DNA from: a virus
Taxonomy: Duplodnaviria > Caudoviricetes
Direction: 5' to 3' (one strand)
Virus record (IMG/VR): IMGVR_UViG_3300011335_000468
Location: 1-32,380 of that record
DNA: 32,380 nucleotides
Shown here: piece by piece, positions 5,742-14,919 of the stretch
How the letters are laid out: every line of letters starts with the position of its first letter
Position numbering within the stretch: the first letter of the stretch is position 1
Made by a program: the position numbers and the translations under genes
The notes under the pieces: generated by a model
Seen by the model: the letters and a program-made list of their open reading frames with translations, nothing else
Database searches by the model: none
Told to the model about the DNA's origin: nothing

Positions 5742-7456
5742 TGCAGTATTCACCCGACAATCAGTCTTACAAGGGCGCACCAAAGCGGGAGCAATTGCTT
5801 ACCCGTCTCGGTCATTTGAAGTCTGAACGGGCGAGTTGGATTGCACATTGGCAGGAGATCACTTCTTACATTTTGCCTCGCAACGGTCGATATTTTCAGC
5901 AGGACAGGAACCGTGGGTATCGCCGTCACAACAACATTTACGATAATACTGGTACACGCGCCTTGCGAACTCTTGGCGCTGGCATGATGGCTGGTGCAAC
6001 TTCTCCTGCCCGTCAGTGGTTTCGTCTGGGGACTGGCGATCCTGATTTGAATGCATATTCTCCAGTGAAATTGTGGCTGGACACGGTGACGAAGAGGATG
6101 CAGTCTGTTTTTCAGCAGTCGAATACTTACAGGTCTTTGCATCAGATGTATGAGGAACTGGGAGCGTTCGGTACGGCTGTCAGCATTGTGTTGCCTGACT
6201 TTAGGAATGTGATTCACCATTATCCTGTGACTGTTGGCGAGTACTGCATTGCGTCTGACTATCAGGGAATGGTTTGCACTTTGTACCGAGAGTTTGACAA
6301 GACGGTTGCCGAACTCGTCAAGGAGTTTGGATACAAGAATTGCTCTCATTCTGTCAGGAATCTGTATGACCGAGGCAGTTTGGATCAGTGGATACCGATT
6401 ATTCATGCGATTGAGCCGCGTGAGGACAGGGATTCGTCGAAGAAGGATGCGAAGAACATGCCTTTTCGCAGTTGTTACTTTGAGGTTGGTGGAGATGACG
6501 GGAAATTTCTGCGAGAGGGTGGATACAAGCACTTTCCAGTGATGTGTCCGCGCTGGAGCGTTGTCGGCGGCGACATCTACGGCAATTCCCCTGGTATGGA
6601 GGCTCTCGGCGACATCAAGCAGTTGCAGCATGAGCAGTTGCGTAAGGCTCAGGTCATTGACTATCAGACAAAGCCACCTCTTCAGGTGCCGAACTCGATG
6701 AAGAACCGAGATGTTGAGAGTTTGCCTGGCGGGATCACCTTTGTTGACGGTGGCAGCCAGGGTATTAAGACTGCGTTCGAGGTGAATTTGAATTTACAGC
6801 ACCTTCTTGGCGACATTCAGGATGTCCGTGATCGTGTTCGTGGGTCTTTTTATGCTGACTTGTTTATGATGTTGGCGAATGCGACTGATACGCGTATGAC
6901 TGCGACAGAGGTTGCTGAACGACACGAAGAGAAGTTGTTGATGCTTGGTCCCGTGATCGAGCGCCTCCACAACGAATTACTTGACCCACTTATTGACATT
7001 ACTTTTCAGCACATGGTTCAGGCTGGCATTGTTCCGCCAGCGCCACCAGAGTTGCAGGGCATGGAGTTAGAAGTTGAGTTTGTTTCGATGTTGGCACAGG
7101 CTCAACGAGCGATTGGAACGAATAGCGTTGATCGGTTCGTTGGAAACCTTGGCGCAATTGCTCAAATGAAACCTGATGTGCTTGACAAGTTCGATTCTGA
7201 CAAGTGGGCAGACTCATATTCCGACATGCTTGGCGTTGATCCGAATTTGATTGTGGCTGGCAAGCAGGTTGCGATGATTCGAGACGCTCGAAACAAGGCA
7301 ATGGCTGCAAAGGAGCAGTCTGCGATGATGGAACAACAGTCGGCAACTGCAAAGAATTTGGCACAGTCACCAACAGGAAGCGGTCAACAGAACGCGTTGA
7401 TGGATGTAATGAACCAATTTAGTGGGTATTCAAACCCTTCACCAAGTCAAGTTTAA
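5741..7456 (+). CDS. Portal (head-to-tail connector) protein, T7 gp8/BPP-1-like family
   Basis: 571 aa; YGNSPGMEALGDIKQLQ, MTATEVAERHEEKLLMLGPVIERL and VEFVSMLAQAQ motifs. Confidence 0.95.
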   Translation: MQYSPDNQSYKGAPKREQLLTRLGHLKSERASWIAHWQEITSYILPRNGRYFQQDRNRGYRRHNNIYDNTGTRALRTLGAGMMAGATSPARQWFRLGTGDPDLNAYSPVKLWLDTVTKRMQSVFQQSNTYRSLHQMYEELGAFGTAVSIVLPDFRNVIHHYPVTVGEYCIASDYQGMVCTLYREFDKTVAELVKEFGYKNCSHSVRNLYDRGSLDQWIPIIHAIEPREDRDSSKKDAKNMPFRSCYFEVGGDDGKFLREGGYKHFPVMCPRWSVVGGDIYGNSPGMEALGDIKQLQHEQLRKAQVIDYQTKPPLQVPNSMKNRDVESLPGGITFVDGGSQGIKTAFEVNLNLQHLLGDIQDVRDRVRGSFYADLFMMLANATDTRMTATEVAERHEEKLLMLGPVIERLHNELLDPLIDITFQHMVQAGIVPPAPPELQGMELEVEFVSMLAQAQRAIGTNSVDRFVGNLGAIAQMKPDVLDKFDSDKWADSYSDMLGVDPNLIVAGKQVAMIRDARNKAMAAKEQSAMMEQQSATAKNLAQSPTGSGQQNALMDVMNQFSGYSNPSPSQV

Positions 7457-7466
7457 GGAGTAAGTA

Positions 7467-7739
7467 ATGGCAATCCCAGCATCATTATCACTTCAAAGCA
7501 CACCGAATTCATACGATTATGCAGCCGTTGTAACAATCAGCGATTCAACCGTTCTTCCGTTGACAAGAGGTTTGCTAATTACGCATAGTGCCGCTGGAGC
7601 GGTCGTTGTAACAATGTCAAACGGTGACAACTGCACATTTAATTGGCATGGAGCGACAACAATTATTCTTCCTATTCGATGCACAAAGGTGTTGAGTACA
7701 GGAACAACTGCTGCTGCAAACTATGTTGCGTTGTATTGA
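7467..7739 (+). CDS. Head spike-base protein, RcGTA Rcc01079-like (90 aa)
   Basis: AAVVTISDSTVLPLTRGLLI...GAVVVTM...TF...ILPIRCTKVLSTGTTA...VALY matches the family pattern as I recall it; AAGGAG Shine-Dalgarno. Confidence 0.75.
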   Translation: MAIPASLSLQSTPNSYDYAAVVTISDSTVLPLTRGLLITHSAAGAVVVTMSNGDNCTFNWHGATTIILPIRCTKVLSTGTTAAANYVALY

Positions 7740-7740
7740 C

Positions 7741-7772
7741 GGTACCCATGCATTACAACCAATGATTAAATT
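7741..7772 (+). promoter_or_regulatory. Candidate phage late promoter, copy 2 (probably leaderless)
   Basis: GGTACCCATG-N16-TAAATT; GTG start at 7779 follows after a 6-nt gap with no Shine-Dalgarno. Confidence 0.7.
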
Positions 7773-7778
7773 TTAAAA

Positions 7779-8126
7779 GTGAGTAACTACGATCCGCTAG
7801 ACATTCGAGGTCAAGAGCAAACGAAGGAAAATAAAGACCTTCGAGAAAAACTAAATAGGCAGAATGAAGAATCAGATCTGAAATGGCTGATGAGTAACAA
7901 GAAAGGTCGAAGGATCGTATGGAGGATGTTGGATCAGGCAGGAGTTTTTAGGCTTAGTTTCAGTCAGAATTCAATGCAGATGGCATTTAACGAAGGAAAC
8001 AGAAACAGCGGACTAAGAACAATTTCGATGATTCACCAGACTTGCTCAGACTTGTATCAGGTAATGCTAAAGGAACAAAATGACACAAACAGAATCATTG
8101 ATGACAACACCAGCACCAACCAATAA
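7779..8126 (+). CDS. Bbp19-like phage head-module protein
   Basis: DLKWLMSNKKGRRIVWRMLDQAGVF..SF...MAFNEGNRNSGL; position between portal and scaffold. Confidence 0.85.
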   Translation: MSNYDPLDIRGQEQTKENKDLREKLNRQNEESDLKWLMSNKKGRRIVWRMLDQAGVFRLSFSQNSMQMAFNEGNRNSGLRTISMIHQTCSDLYQVMLKEQNDTNRIIDDNTSTNQ

Positions 8127-8742
8127 CGCTGCTGTTGCATCGACTGAATCTCCAACAGGAGATGTATCAAATGCGGTTGTGACTCAAGACCAGCCAGTTG
8201 CAGATGCAACTGAGACTGGCAATACAGAGGGCGACAGTAAGGATGCTCCAAAGACCGAAGCGGTTGGCGCACCAGAAAAGTATGAATTCAAAGCCCCAGA
8301 AGGCAAGAATTTTGACAACGAAGTCATTTCGACATATTCGGAAGTTGCCCGTGAATTGAACTTGAGCCAGGCTTCCGCGCAGAAGATGTTAGACACACTT
8401 GGTCCAAAACTCGCTGAAAGGCAGATGGCTCAGATCGATTCCATTCGACAAGGATGGGTTGATTCGTCACGAATTGATAAGGAATTCGGCGGAGAGTCGC
8501 TCGACAAAAATATGTCGGTTGCGAAGAAAGCGTTGGACACATTTGGGACACCTGAACTGCGAACGGTATTAAATCAATCTGGTCTAGGGAATCATCCTGA
8601 AGTCATCAGGTTTTTCTATAGAGCAGGAAAATCAATTAGTGAAGATGGTTATGTCGGTCCGTCAAGTGGCTCAGGTTCAAAGGGACAACCACAAGACTTT
8701 GCATCACAAGCGTCAATGCTTTATTCAAATCAAAAATCTTAA
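8080..8742 (+). CDS. Capsid scaffolding protein
   Basis: Acidic low-complexity N-terminus, APEKYEFKAPEG and GLGNHPEVIRFFYRAGKSISED; immediately upstream of the capsid gene. Confidence 0.85.
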   Translation: MTQTESLMTTPAPTNNAAVASTESPTGDVSNAVVTQDQPVADATETGNTEGDSKDAPKTEAVGAPEKYEFKAPEGKNFDNEVISTYSEVARELNLSQASAQKMLDTLGPKLAERQMAQIDSIRQGWVDSSRIDKEFGGESLDKNMSVAKKALDTFGTPELRTVLNQSGLGNHPEVIRFFYRAGKSISEDGYVGPSSGSGSKGQPQDFASQASMLYSNQKS

Positions 8743-8760
8743 TTTTAAGGAAACTTTTTT

Positions 8761-9777
8761 ATGGCAACACTTTCAACAACAAATTTAACTCTCGCTGACT
8801 GGGCGAAACGACCTGATCCAAACGGATCTGTTCCAGTCGTGGCTGAACTCCTCTCGCAAACAAATGAAATTCTTCAGTACGCAGTTTTTAAGGAAGGCAA
8901 TTTGCCGACTGGCGAACGCGTTGTAATCCGAACAGGATTGCCAACCGTGTACTGGAGAGCATTGAATCAAGGCATTCCAAGTAGCAAGTCAACGACTGCA
9001 CAAGTTGACGAAGCATGTGGAATGCTTGAAGCCCGTTCAGAAGTGGACAAGGATCTTGCAATGCTCAATGGCAATACGGCTCAGTTCCGTTTGTCCGAAG
9101 ACACTGCGTTCTTGGAAGCAATGAACCAAACACAGGCAACGACAATGTTCTACGGCAACCCAACCACCGAACCAAAGTCCTTCCTTGGATTGGCTGGTCG
9201 ATACTCAAGTCTGTCGGGCGGAAACGCAACAAATGTTATTACCGCTGGCGGTAGTGGCTCTGACAACACTTCGGTGTTCTTGGTTTGCTGGGGCGACAAT
9301 ACCGTGTATTGCCCATTCCCCAAGGGTTCAAAGGCTGGTTTGATCCATGAGGATCTTGGCGAACAAACCGTGTTTAACAGTGACAGTCGCATGCAAGCGT
9401 ATGCAACTCGTTACCAATGGAAGAACGGTCTCGTTGTCAAGGACTGGCGCTATGTTGTTCGTATTCCAAACATTGATGTCAGTGATTTGATTGGTCAAAC
9501 TGGTACTCAGGCTTCAACGGCTGCTACAAACATCATCAAGTTGATGGCAAGAGCAATCTACCGCATCCCAAACATGTCAATGGGTCGATGTACATTCTAC
9601 ATGAACCGCACCGTTCACAGTGGCATGGCTTTGGCAGCGTTGGACAAGAGTAGTGCTGTGTTGAAAATCAACGAAGGTCTCACTCAGTTTGGTCAACCAC
9701 ATAGTTGGTTGACATTCCTTGGCGTTCCACTTCGCAAGGTTGATTCTTTGCTCAACACAGAAGCCGTTGTCTCATAA
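8761..9777 (+). CDS. Major capsid protein (BPP-1 Bbp17-like)
   Basis: 338 aa; TLADWAKR, ELLSQTNEIL, RTGLPTVYWR, GLVVKDWRYVVRIPNID and FLGVPLRKVDSLLNTEAVV. Confidence 0.95.
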   Translation: MATLSTTNLTLADWAKRPDPNGSVPVVAELLSQTNEILQYAVFKEGNLPTGERVVIRTGLPTVYWRALNQGIPSSKSTTAQVDEACGMLEARSEVDKDLAMLNGNTAQFRLSEDTAFLEAMNQTQATTMFYGNPTTEPKSFLGLAGRYSSLSGGNATNVITAGGSGSDNTSVFLVCWGDNTVYCPFPKGSKAGLIHEDLGEQTVFNSDSRMQAYATRYQWKNGLVVKDWRYVVRIPNIDVSDLIGQTGTQASTAATNIIKLMARAIYRIPNMSMGRCTFYMNRTVHSGMALAALDKSSAVLKINEGLTQFGQPHSWLTFLGVPLRKVDSLLNTEAVVS

Positions 9778-9807
9778 TTCAAATTTTACAAAAGGAAAAA
9801 ACACAAA

Positions 9808-10272
9808 ATGATTACTGATAATTTTCTAAGACTTTCTGGTTCACTTACGGCTGGTTCTGCAACTGGTCAAGCCGTCACTACTACCGCAAATTCAACCAAT
9901 GTTGTCGATCTTTCGCTTGCGCGAGATATTGGCGAAGGCATGGATTTGTATGTGCAATTTACCGTTGGAACTGCATTTACCGCAGCAGGTTCGGCTACTT
10001 TGACTCCAACAGTTGTTGTTTCTGCTGCTGATAGTCTTACAACGCCAACCACAATTGGTACTGCTGGAACTATTGCGGTTGCAACTCTTGTTGCTGGTTA
10101 CACATTTGTAGTTCGTTTGAATCCACAAATTGCTTCGCTTGGCTTGCGTTACTTGGGAGCAATTTATACTGTTGCCACTGGACCAATGACTGCTGGAACA
10201 ATGACAGCAGACATTGTTACTGACATTCAAGACGGCAAGAAGTTCTACGCATCTGGTTTCACTGTTCTTTAA
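9808..10272 (+). CDS. Capsid cement/decoration protein (Bbp16-like)
   Basis: MITD..L...QAVTTTANSTNVVDL...DIGEG...LRYLGAIYTV..GPMTAG; directly after the capsid gene. Confidence 0.85.
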   Translation: MITDNFLRLSGSLTAGSATGQAVTTTANSTNVVDLSLARDIGEGMDLYVQFTVGTAFTAAGSATLTPTVVVSAADSLTTPTTIGTAGTIAVATLVAGYTFVVRLNPQIASLGLRYLGAIYTVATGPMTAGTMTADIVTDIQDGKKFYASGFTVL

Positions 10273-10286
10273 TTTAAGGAGATTTT

Positions 10287-10499
10287 ATGGCAAAAGTAAA
10301 AGCAAAAGTCACATGTTTCATTGACAACTCCCTCCGCAATGAGGGAGATGAATTTGAATACAACGGTCCAAAAAACACGAATGTCGAAATTATCGACGGG
10401 ACTGAATTTGAAAAGACCGAAGTTAAAGTGGATGACACTCAAGTTGCAAAACAAAAGTGGACTCCAAAAAACAAGACTGTTGCTTCTTCGGCTGACTAA
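10287..10499 (+). CDS. Small head-module protein (70 aa)
   Basis: AAGGAG Shine-Dalgarno; CFIDNSLRNEGDEFEY beta-hairpin motif followed by a low-complexity tail. Confidence 0.8.
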   Translation: MAKVKAKVTCFIDNSLRNEGDEFEYNGPKNTNVEIIDGTEFEKTEVKVDDTQVAKQKWTPKNKTVASSAD

Positions 10500-10524
10500 T
10501 CTCGTTTGTAAAGATTCATACGAG

Positions 10525-10563
10525 CGAGGGGAGTCGATGAGAAATCACGGCTCCTCTCGTTTT
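10525..10563 (+). terminator. Intrinsic terminator or attenuator after the capsid cassette
   Basis: CGAGGGGAGTCG-a-TGA-GAAA-TCA-CGGCTCCTCTCG followed by a short T run. Confidence 0.75.
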
Positions 10564-10577
10564 CATAAGGAGGTTCG

Positions 10578-11246
10578 ATGGCTAGTGTTGTAGATATTTG
10601 TAACCTTGCGTTGGCTCATATTGGTGACGATGCAACGGTTTCGAGCATTGATCCTCCTGAAGGATCTTCACAAGCCGAACACTGCAAGCGTTTCTATGCA
10701 ATTGCAAGAGACACAATGCTCCAAATGCATAATTGGAACTTTGCTTCAAAGCGCATATCGTTGGCTCAAGTTACGAACCCAATAACCGAATGGCTGTATG
10801 CATACGCTGCTCCTTCAGATATGTCTGTTGCCGTTTCAATTTTGGCTTCAGATGCTGGTGATGATTACTCGGCTCGTTTTGTTCCAACCGATACACCTTT
10901 CTTTCCGCCAGTGGTTGCGGCTGGGCAGTACACACCTCAACCATATTCAATTGAAGTTGACACTATTGGCAACAAAGTCATTTACACAAATCAAGAAAGT
11001 GCCGTGCTTCGGTATCAGGCTTTAATTACAGATCCAACAAAGTTTGATGCGTTGTTTGTTCTGTCTTTGAGTTGGCATCTTGCAAGCATGCTTGCAGGTC
11101 CAGTCATCAAAGGAGATGCAGGATCTGCTGAAGCAAAGCGTTGCATTCAGATGATGGCTGGATACTTGCAAGCGGCGAAGCAATCTGATTCAAATCAAAG
11201 GAACATCAGGGTCGAGCATGTTGTTTCGTGGACAAGCGGACGCTAA
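10578..11246 (+). CDS. Tail adaptor (tail tubular protein A-like)
   Basis: VDICNLALAHIG, RDTMLQMHNWNFA.KR, YAYAAPSD and FDALFVLSLSWHLA; AAGGAGG Shine-Dalgarno. Confidence 0.9.
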   Translation: MASVVDICNLALAHIGDDATVSSIDPPEGSSQAEHCKRFYAIARDTMLQMHNWNFASKRISLAQVTNPITEWLYAYAAPSDMSVAVSILASDAGDDYSARFVPTDTPFFPPVVAAGQYTPQPYSIEVDTIGNKVIYTNQESAVLRYQALITDPTKFDALFVLSLSWHLASMLAGPVIKGDAGSAEAKRCIQMMAGYLQAAKQSDSNQRNIRVEHVVSWTSGR

Positions 11247-14176
11247 TGCCAACAACCAGAACATTCAATCGTTCATTTGCTGGTGGCGAATTGTCGCCAG
11301 AAATGTTTGGTCGTATTGATGATCAAAAGTTTCAGACTGGTGCTGCAAAGATGCGGAATTTTATTGCGTTGCCGCAAGGTCCTGCCGTAAACCGACCAGG
11401 GACAAAGTTTGTACGCGCAGTCAAAGACAGCACCAAGAAGACTCGACTCATTCCATTTACATACAGCACCACGCAGACAATGGTTCTTGAGTTTGGTGAG
11501 GGCTACATTCGATTCCACACGCAGGGCGAAACATTGCTTGTAGGAACCCCAAGCGCATTCAGCGCAACAAAGACAATTACGGCTGTTGATATTGCCACAG
11601 ATACCGTGACAAGCAACGCGCACGGTTATGCAAACGCAACGCCAATTCAAATTGCAGCCACCACAACAATTCCAGTGGGCTTGTTGGCTCTTACAACTTA
11701 TTATGTTGTTGGGGCAACCGCAAACACATTTCAATTCTCTTTGACTGTTGGTGGAGCGGCAATTGACATTAAAAGTGTTGGTGCTGGAACAATTACCACA
11801 AATCAAGTTTATTCTTTGGGTGATCTTGTAAGTTACGGCGGTTCAAATTATTACTGCATTCTTACATCGACAAATAATTTGCCGACCAATGTCACATATT
11901 GGTTCTTGATTTCAAGTCCTGCCTACGAAATTCCAAGTCCATACTTGGAAGCGGATTTGTTTGACATTCACCATGTTCAGTCGGTAGATGTGTTGACATT
12001 GGTTCATCCGAATTATCCTCCACGCGAACTGAGAAGACTTGGACCAATTCAGTGGACTTTGGTCAGCATTCCATTTACTCCAGCCGTATCAAGTCCAACT
12101 GGTGTCGCAGTCGCAGCATCCTTTGGTGAGAGATTTGACATTGTTTCTATTTCACAAGCAAGTCCAGGGTCAATTGTGTGTTCTTCTCAACATCAATTTG
12201 TCAAGGGTGATTCGGTGTATATCAGTAATGTTGGTGGAATGACCCAATTAACAACAGGATTTTATGTTGTGAATACTGAAGGAGCCGCCGCATTAACGGT
12301 AAAGGATTACGCAACTGGCGTACCTGTAGACACAACTTCATATAGTCCATATACAAGTGGCGGCAAAATTGAATATGGAACAAAGATATTTGACATAGTA
12401 AACTCATATGTTGTTACTGCTATTGCCGCAAACGGAGTTGATGAGAGTCTTGCATCCGCAAGCGTAAGCGTGACAAACAATTTGTATGTGAATGGTGCTT
12501 TTAACACAATTACTTGGTCTGCGGTTACTGGCGCTATTCGATACAACATCTACAAAATTCAATCTGGCTTGTATGGATACATTGGTCAGACTCAGGCTTT
12601 GTCATTTACCGACAACAACATTGCGCCTGATATGGGAATCACAACTCCAATTGTTGAAACGGTTTTTAATAGTGCCAACAATTACCCTGGAGCCGTTTCG
12701 TACTTTGAACAACGCAGAGTGTTTGCAGGAACAACCTACGCTCCACAGCAATTGTGGATGACACGGTCAGGGACTGAAAGTGACATGTCATACCACTTGC
12801 CCGTAAAAGATGACGACAGAATTTCGTTTAAGGTTGCGGCGCGTGAAGCAAATACCATTCGGCACATTATTCCGCTGCAACAATTGATGTTGTTGACCAG
12901 CGCAGCCGAATGGCGTGTGTCACCAGTGAACAGCGATGCGATTACGCCAACCACGATTTCAGTTCGACCTCAGTCTTACATTGGCGCAAACAATGTGCAG
13001 CCATCAATTATCAATAACAGCATGGTCTATTGCGCGGCGCGTGGCGGTCATGTGCGGGAATTAGGATACTCATGGCAGTCCAACGGATACATCACGGGAG
13101 ATCTTTCACTTCGAGCAGCGCACCTGTTTGACAATTACGAGATTTCTGACATGTGCTACAGCAAGTCTCCGCATCCAATAATTTGGTTTATTTCATCAAC
13201 TGGATATTTGTTGGGGTTGACTTATGTTCCAGAGCAACAGATTGCTGCTTGGCATTGGCATGACACGGACGGCACATTTGAAAGTTGTGCCAATGTTGCC
13301 GAAGGAGCAGAAGACCATGTGTATGTTGTTGTCAAGCGAACAGTTAACGGCAACTCTGTTCGATATGTTGAGCGAATGTCATCAAGTGCATTTGATTCTC
13401 TCGATGATTGTTTCTTTGTGGATTCAGGGTTGACATATGACGGGAACAACACGACCGCAACAACTGTGACCGTGTCAGGTGGAACTCTTTGGGGACCAAC
13501 CGAATTACTGACAATAACGGCATCGACTCCAATCTTTGCGTATCCAGCGCTGACAGATATTGGGGATGCGTTTGTATTTACGGCAACTGACGGAACACAA
13601 TACAGGCTGACAATTGAAGGATGCTCATCAACGACCGTTGTTCAGGCTCGATCTGACAAGGTTCTAGCGGTGGCGTTCCGCAATGTGCCTATCTCAAATG
13701 GCGCATTTGCAAGAAATTCTGTTGTAGGTCTTTCACATTTGGAAGGAAAGACCGTTTCTATATTGGCTGACGGAGCCGTCATGCCAAGCAAAGTTGTCGT
13801 TGGCGGATCAGTTTCAATTGATCGAGCGGCAGTCAAAATACATGTTGGCTTGCAATACTTCAGCGACTTGCAGACCCTGCCGCTGGCAATAAACATCGAA
13901 GCCTTTGGTCAGGGTCGAGTCAAGAACATCAATCAGGCTTGGGTTCGAGTGTTCCAATCAAGCGGTCTGTTTGTTGGACCTACCGCTGACAAGTTGACCG
14001 AAGCCAAGATGAGAACGAACGAACCGTATGGATCACCGCCATCGTTGCGTTCCGACGAGATTAGCGTCAACATCACACCGACATGGGCGCAGGGCGGTCA
14101 AATCTATATTCGTCAGGCTGATCCACTTCCATTGACGATTGTCGGTGTAACCATTGAAGCGGTTGTTGGGAGTTAA
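11246..14176 (+). CDS. Tail nozzle (tail tubular protein B-like, 976 aa) with inserted beta domains
   Basis: SFAGGELSP..FGRID, RPGTKFV, RLIPFTYS, YPGAVSYFEQRRVFAG, AWHWHDT and GLSHLEGKTV; TAATG coupling sets the start at 11246. Confidence 0.92.
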   Translation: MPTTRTFNRSFAGGELSPEMFGRIDDQKFQTGAAKMRNFIALPQGPAVNRPGTKFVRAVKDSTKKTRLIPFTYSTTQTMVLEFGEGYIRFHTQGETLLVGTPSAFSATKTITAVDIATDTVTSNAHGYANATPIQIAATTTIPVGLLALTTYYVVGATANTFQFSLTVGGAAIDIKSVGAGTITTNQVYSLGDLVSYGGSNYYCILTSTNNLPTNVTYWFLISSPAYEIPSPYLEADLFDIHHVQSVDVLTLVHPNYPPRELRRLGPIQWTLVSIPFTPAVSSPTGVAVAASFGERFDIVSISQASPGSIVCSSQHQFVKGDSVYISNVGGMTQLTTGFYVVNTEGAAALTVKDYATGVPVDTTSYSPYTSGGKIEYGTKIFDIVNSYVVTAIAANGVDESLASASVSVTNNLYVNGAFNTITWSAVTGAIRYNIYKIQSGLYGYIGQTQALSFTDNNIAPDMGITTPIVETVFNSANNYPGAVSYFEQRRVFAGTTYAPQQLWMTRSGTESDMSYHLPVKDDDRISFKVAAREANTIRHIIPLQQLMLLTSAAEWRVSPVNSDAITPTTISVRPQSYIGANNVQPSIINNSMVYCAARGGHVRELGYSWQSNGYITGDLSLRAAHLFDNYEISDMCYSKSPHPIIWFISSTGYLLGLTYVPEQQIAAWHWHDTDGTFESCANVAEGAEDHVYVVVKRTVNGNSVRYVERMSSSAFDSLDDCFFVDSGLTYDGNNTTATTVTVSGGTLWGPTELLTITASTPIFAYPALTDIGDAFVFTATDGTQYRLTIEGCSSTTVVQARSDKVLAVAFRNVPISNGAFARNSVVGLSHLEGKTVSILADGAVMPSKVVVGGSVSIDRAAVKIHVGLQYFSDLQTLPLAINIEAFGQGRVKNINQAWVRVFQSSGLFVGPTADKLTEAKMRTNEPYGSPPSLRSDEISVNITPTWAQGGQIYIRQADPLPLTIVGVTIEAVVGS

Positions 14177-14178
14177 AA

Positions 14179-14919
14179 ATGAGCAATTACTATTCTCCAT
14201 CATCTCAGTTTTATTCACCAACCTTTGATTCTGGGAACAGTGGTTTTTACAATGGTTCATCAGCACAAAGTGGGTTTACTGAATTTGATCCTAGCGGTGC
14301 GGCAATCCCATCGTCTGGTATGGATGCCGCTGGAGCGTTTCAGGTGGCTGGCGGAATTATGGCGATCTTTGGCGCGGCAAACAGTGCCATCGGGACTTTC
14401 TACCAAGCCCAAAGCGCACAGAATCAACTGAAGGTTCAGGCTCAGAACGAACGGTTCCAATCGCAGATGTCTGCCATCAACGCCAAGAGCGCCGAGTTTA
14501 GCGCCCAGCAGAGCCTCTTGGCTGGCGAGAAACAGATTGGGCAGTACACAATGAGGGCTGGTCAACAGAAGTCGTCAGCGGTCGCCTCAATGGCTGCAAG
14601 AGGCATTCAAGGTGGAGTTGGATCTGCCAAGGAAGTCATTGGCAGTATGGACATTGTCAAGGAAATCGACAGGCTGACGATGTCTGCAAGCAATGTTCGT
14701 CAGGCTGAGGCACTTAGAAATCAAGCCATGAACTACCGCAACCAGTCCATTATGTCTGGTCTGTCAGCCGACAACCTCAACACCAGCGCGGGGACAATTT
14801 ACCCAGGGCTTGGCATGGCGACCAGCCTGATTGGAAGCGCAACAGACATTGGTGGAAACTGGGCAAGAGACAACAGGCTTGAACAGTTACTTATCGCACA
14901 GTCAACCAAGAGATTCTAA
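14179..14919 (+). CDS. Internal virion (ejection) protein, small
   Basis: Hydrophobic Gly/Ala helix, Gln/Ala coiled region and ASMAARGIQGGVGSA motif; first gene after the nozzle. Confidence 0.75.
   Translation: MSNYYSPSSQFYSPTFDSGNSGFYNGSSAQSGFTEFDPSGAAIPSSGMDAAGAFQVAGGIMAIFGAANSAIGTFYQAQSAQNQLKVQAQNERFQSQMSAINAKSAEFSAQQSLLAGEKQIGQYTMRAGQQKSSAVASMAARGIQGGVGSAKEVIGSMDIVKEIDRLTMSASNVRQAEALRNQAMNYRNQSIMSGLSADNLNTSAGTIYPGLGMATSLIGSATDIGGNWARDNRLEQLLIAQSTKRF

Noticed and set aside
5750-6631. 293-aa minus-strand ORF, and other long antisense ORFs such as 4864-5391 and 11273-11806
   Set aside because: They lie antisense to well-supported genes, have no recognisable motifs, and are explained as shadow frames.
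8761-14176. A few residues in the capsid (NEILQYA) and nozzle (DIHHVQSVD) that differ from the consensus I recall, suggesting errors or decay
   Set aside because: This rests on memory of homologues and cannot be verified without an alignment; both ORFs are intact.
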